The notes under the pieces were generated by a model. It saw only the letters and a list, made by a program, of their open reading frames with translations, had not been told where the DNA came from and ran no database searches. A stretch of DNA of 64,000 bases from an uncultured Actinomycetota bacterium (GTDB lineage: Bacteria; Actinomycetota; Actinomycetes; JAHEKZ01): the NCBI GenBank assembly GCA_963718235.1, contig CAVQYR010000001.1, positions 2,201,289 through 2,265,288 on the forward strand, written 5' to 3'. This document shows positions 63,440-64,000 of this stretch, in pieces. A program made the position numbers and the translations under genes. The stretch's first letter is position 1. Each line of letters begins with the position of its first letter.

Positions 63440-64000
63440 ATGGACCGACCCCGGCAACGACCTCCCCTCCGACCCCGCCCGCCAGGCCACCTGCCCCAGG
63501 TTGGGACGCGCCGCCCTGGCGTCGGGGTCCGGGGAGACCCCAGGTGACCTGCTCGGGCTGCGGGGCCCGTGGCTCCCGCGGGCGGGGCTGGACGAGCTGC
63601 GGAGCCCCTGACCACGTGGGCCGGCTGGGCCAGCGCTCGCGCCGACTGGCTGCGGGACCGGCTCGTGGCCGGTGACCTGCCGTCCGACGGCTGGTCGGTG
63701 CTGACGGCAGGGGCGATGCCCGGGCCCCGGCAGGGCCGGCAGCGCCGTCGGACCGGGCCCCGACCCCGCCCGCAGCACCCGCCCGAACCGGCCGCAAAAA
63801 AAAGGGGGAACGCTGCTGCTCGCCGGCGGCGCCACCCTCCTGGTGCTGGCCGGCATCGCCTTCGTCGCGTTCGCCTGGGACCTCCTCGGCCCGGCCGGCC
63901 AGGTGCTGACGCTGTACGCGCTAGGCGCCCTCGCCATGGGGGGCGGGGGCCAAGCTGCGCCCCCGGCTCCCGGGCACCGCCACGACGCTCGGAGTGGTCG
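63440..64000 (+). CDS. Partial membrane protein (SCO7613/DUF2157-like), frameshifted and running off the window
   Basis: GGAGG..ATG at 63440; LLLAGGATLLVLAGIAFVAFAWDLLGPAGQVLTL near 63810-63920. Confidence 0.5.

Noticed and set aside
63796-63808. A8-G5 homopolymer as a phase-variation tract
   Set aside because: It lies in the error-dense tail, so a base-calling artefact is more likely.

Overview
High-GC actinobacterial chromosome segment carrying the conserved core block rpsO-pnp-M16 peptidase-dapB-thyX-dapA-rnj-ftsK-rodZ-rimO-pgsA-cinA-clgR-lhr-recA-recX-miaB-miaA-dapF-hflX-dinG-lexA-nrdR-nrdJ (mostly minus strand). Accessory insertions include a D-aminopeptidase/peptide ABC operon, an ECF sigma pair, a PAS-GGDEF-EAL protein, hydrolases and secreted proteins. 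I saw no CRISPR array, tRNA/rRNA, prophage or IS, and I cannot claim a clearly new multi-gene system. The best leads are: (1) a 363-aa LAGLIDADG intein in recA; (2) a DinG helicase with an unusual ~200-aa C-terminal extension containing a Myb/SANT-like HTH; (3) an orphan PD-(D/E)XK-type nuclease-like gene with one in-frame TGA; (4) an ECF sigma coupled to an acidic repeat protein with a possible internal secreted isoform; (5) a readable regulatory layer of LexA, NrdR, PafBC-type and SigR/SigH-type sites, a phased DnaA-box-like array, leaderless promoters and the actino-pnp RNA motif. The four frameshifts I found in the first 58 kb all hit DNA-damage genes. The last ~6 kb is full of indels in essential genes, which indicates sequencing error there. 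Family assignments come from motif recognition and synteny only; no database searches were run.
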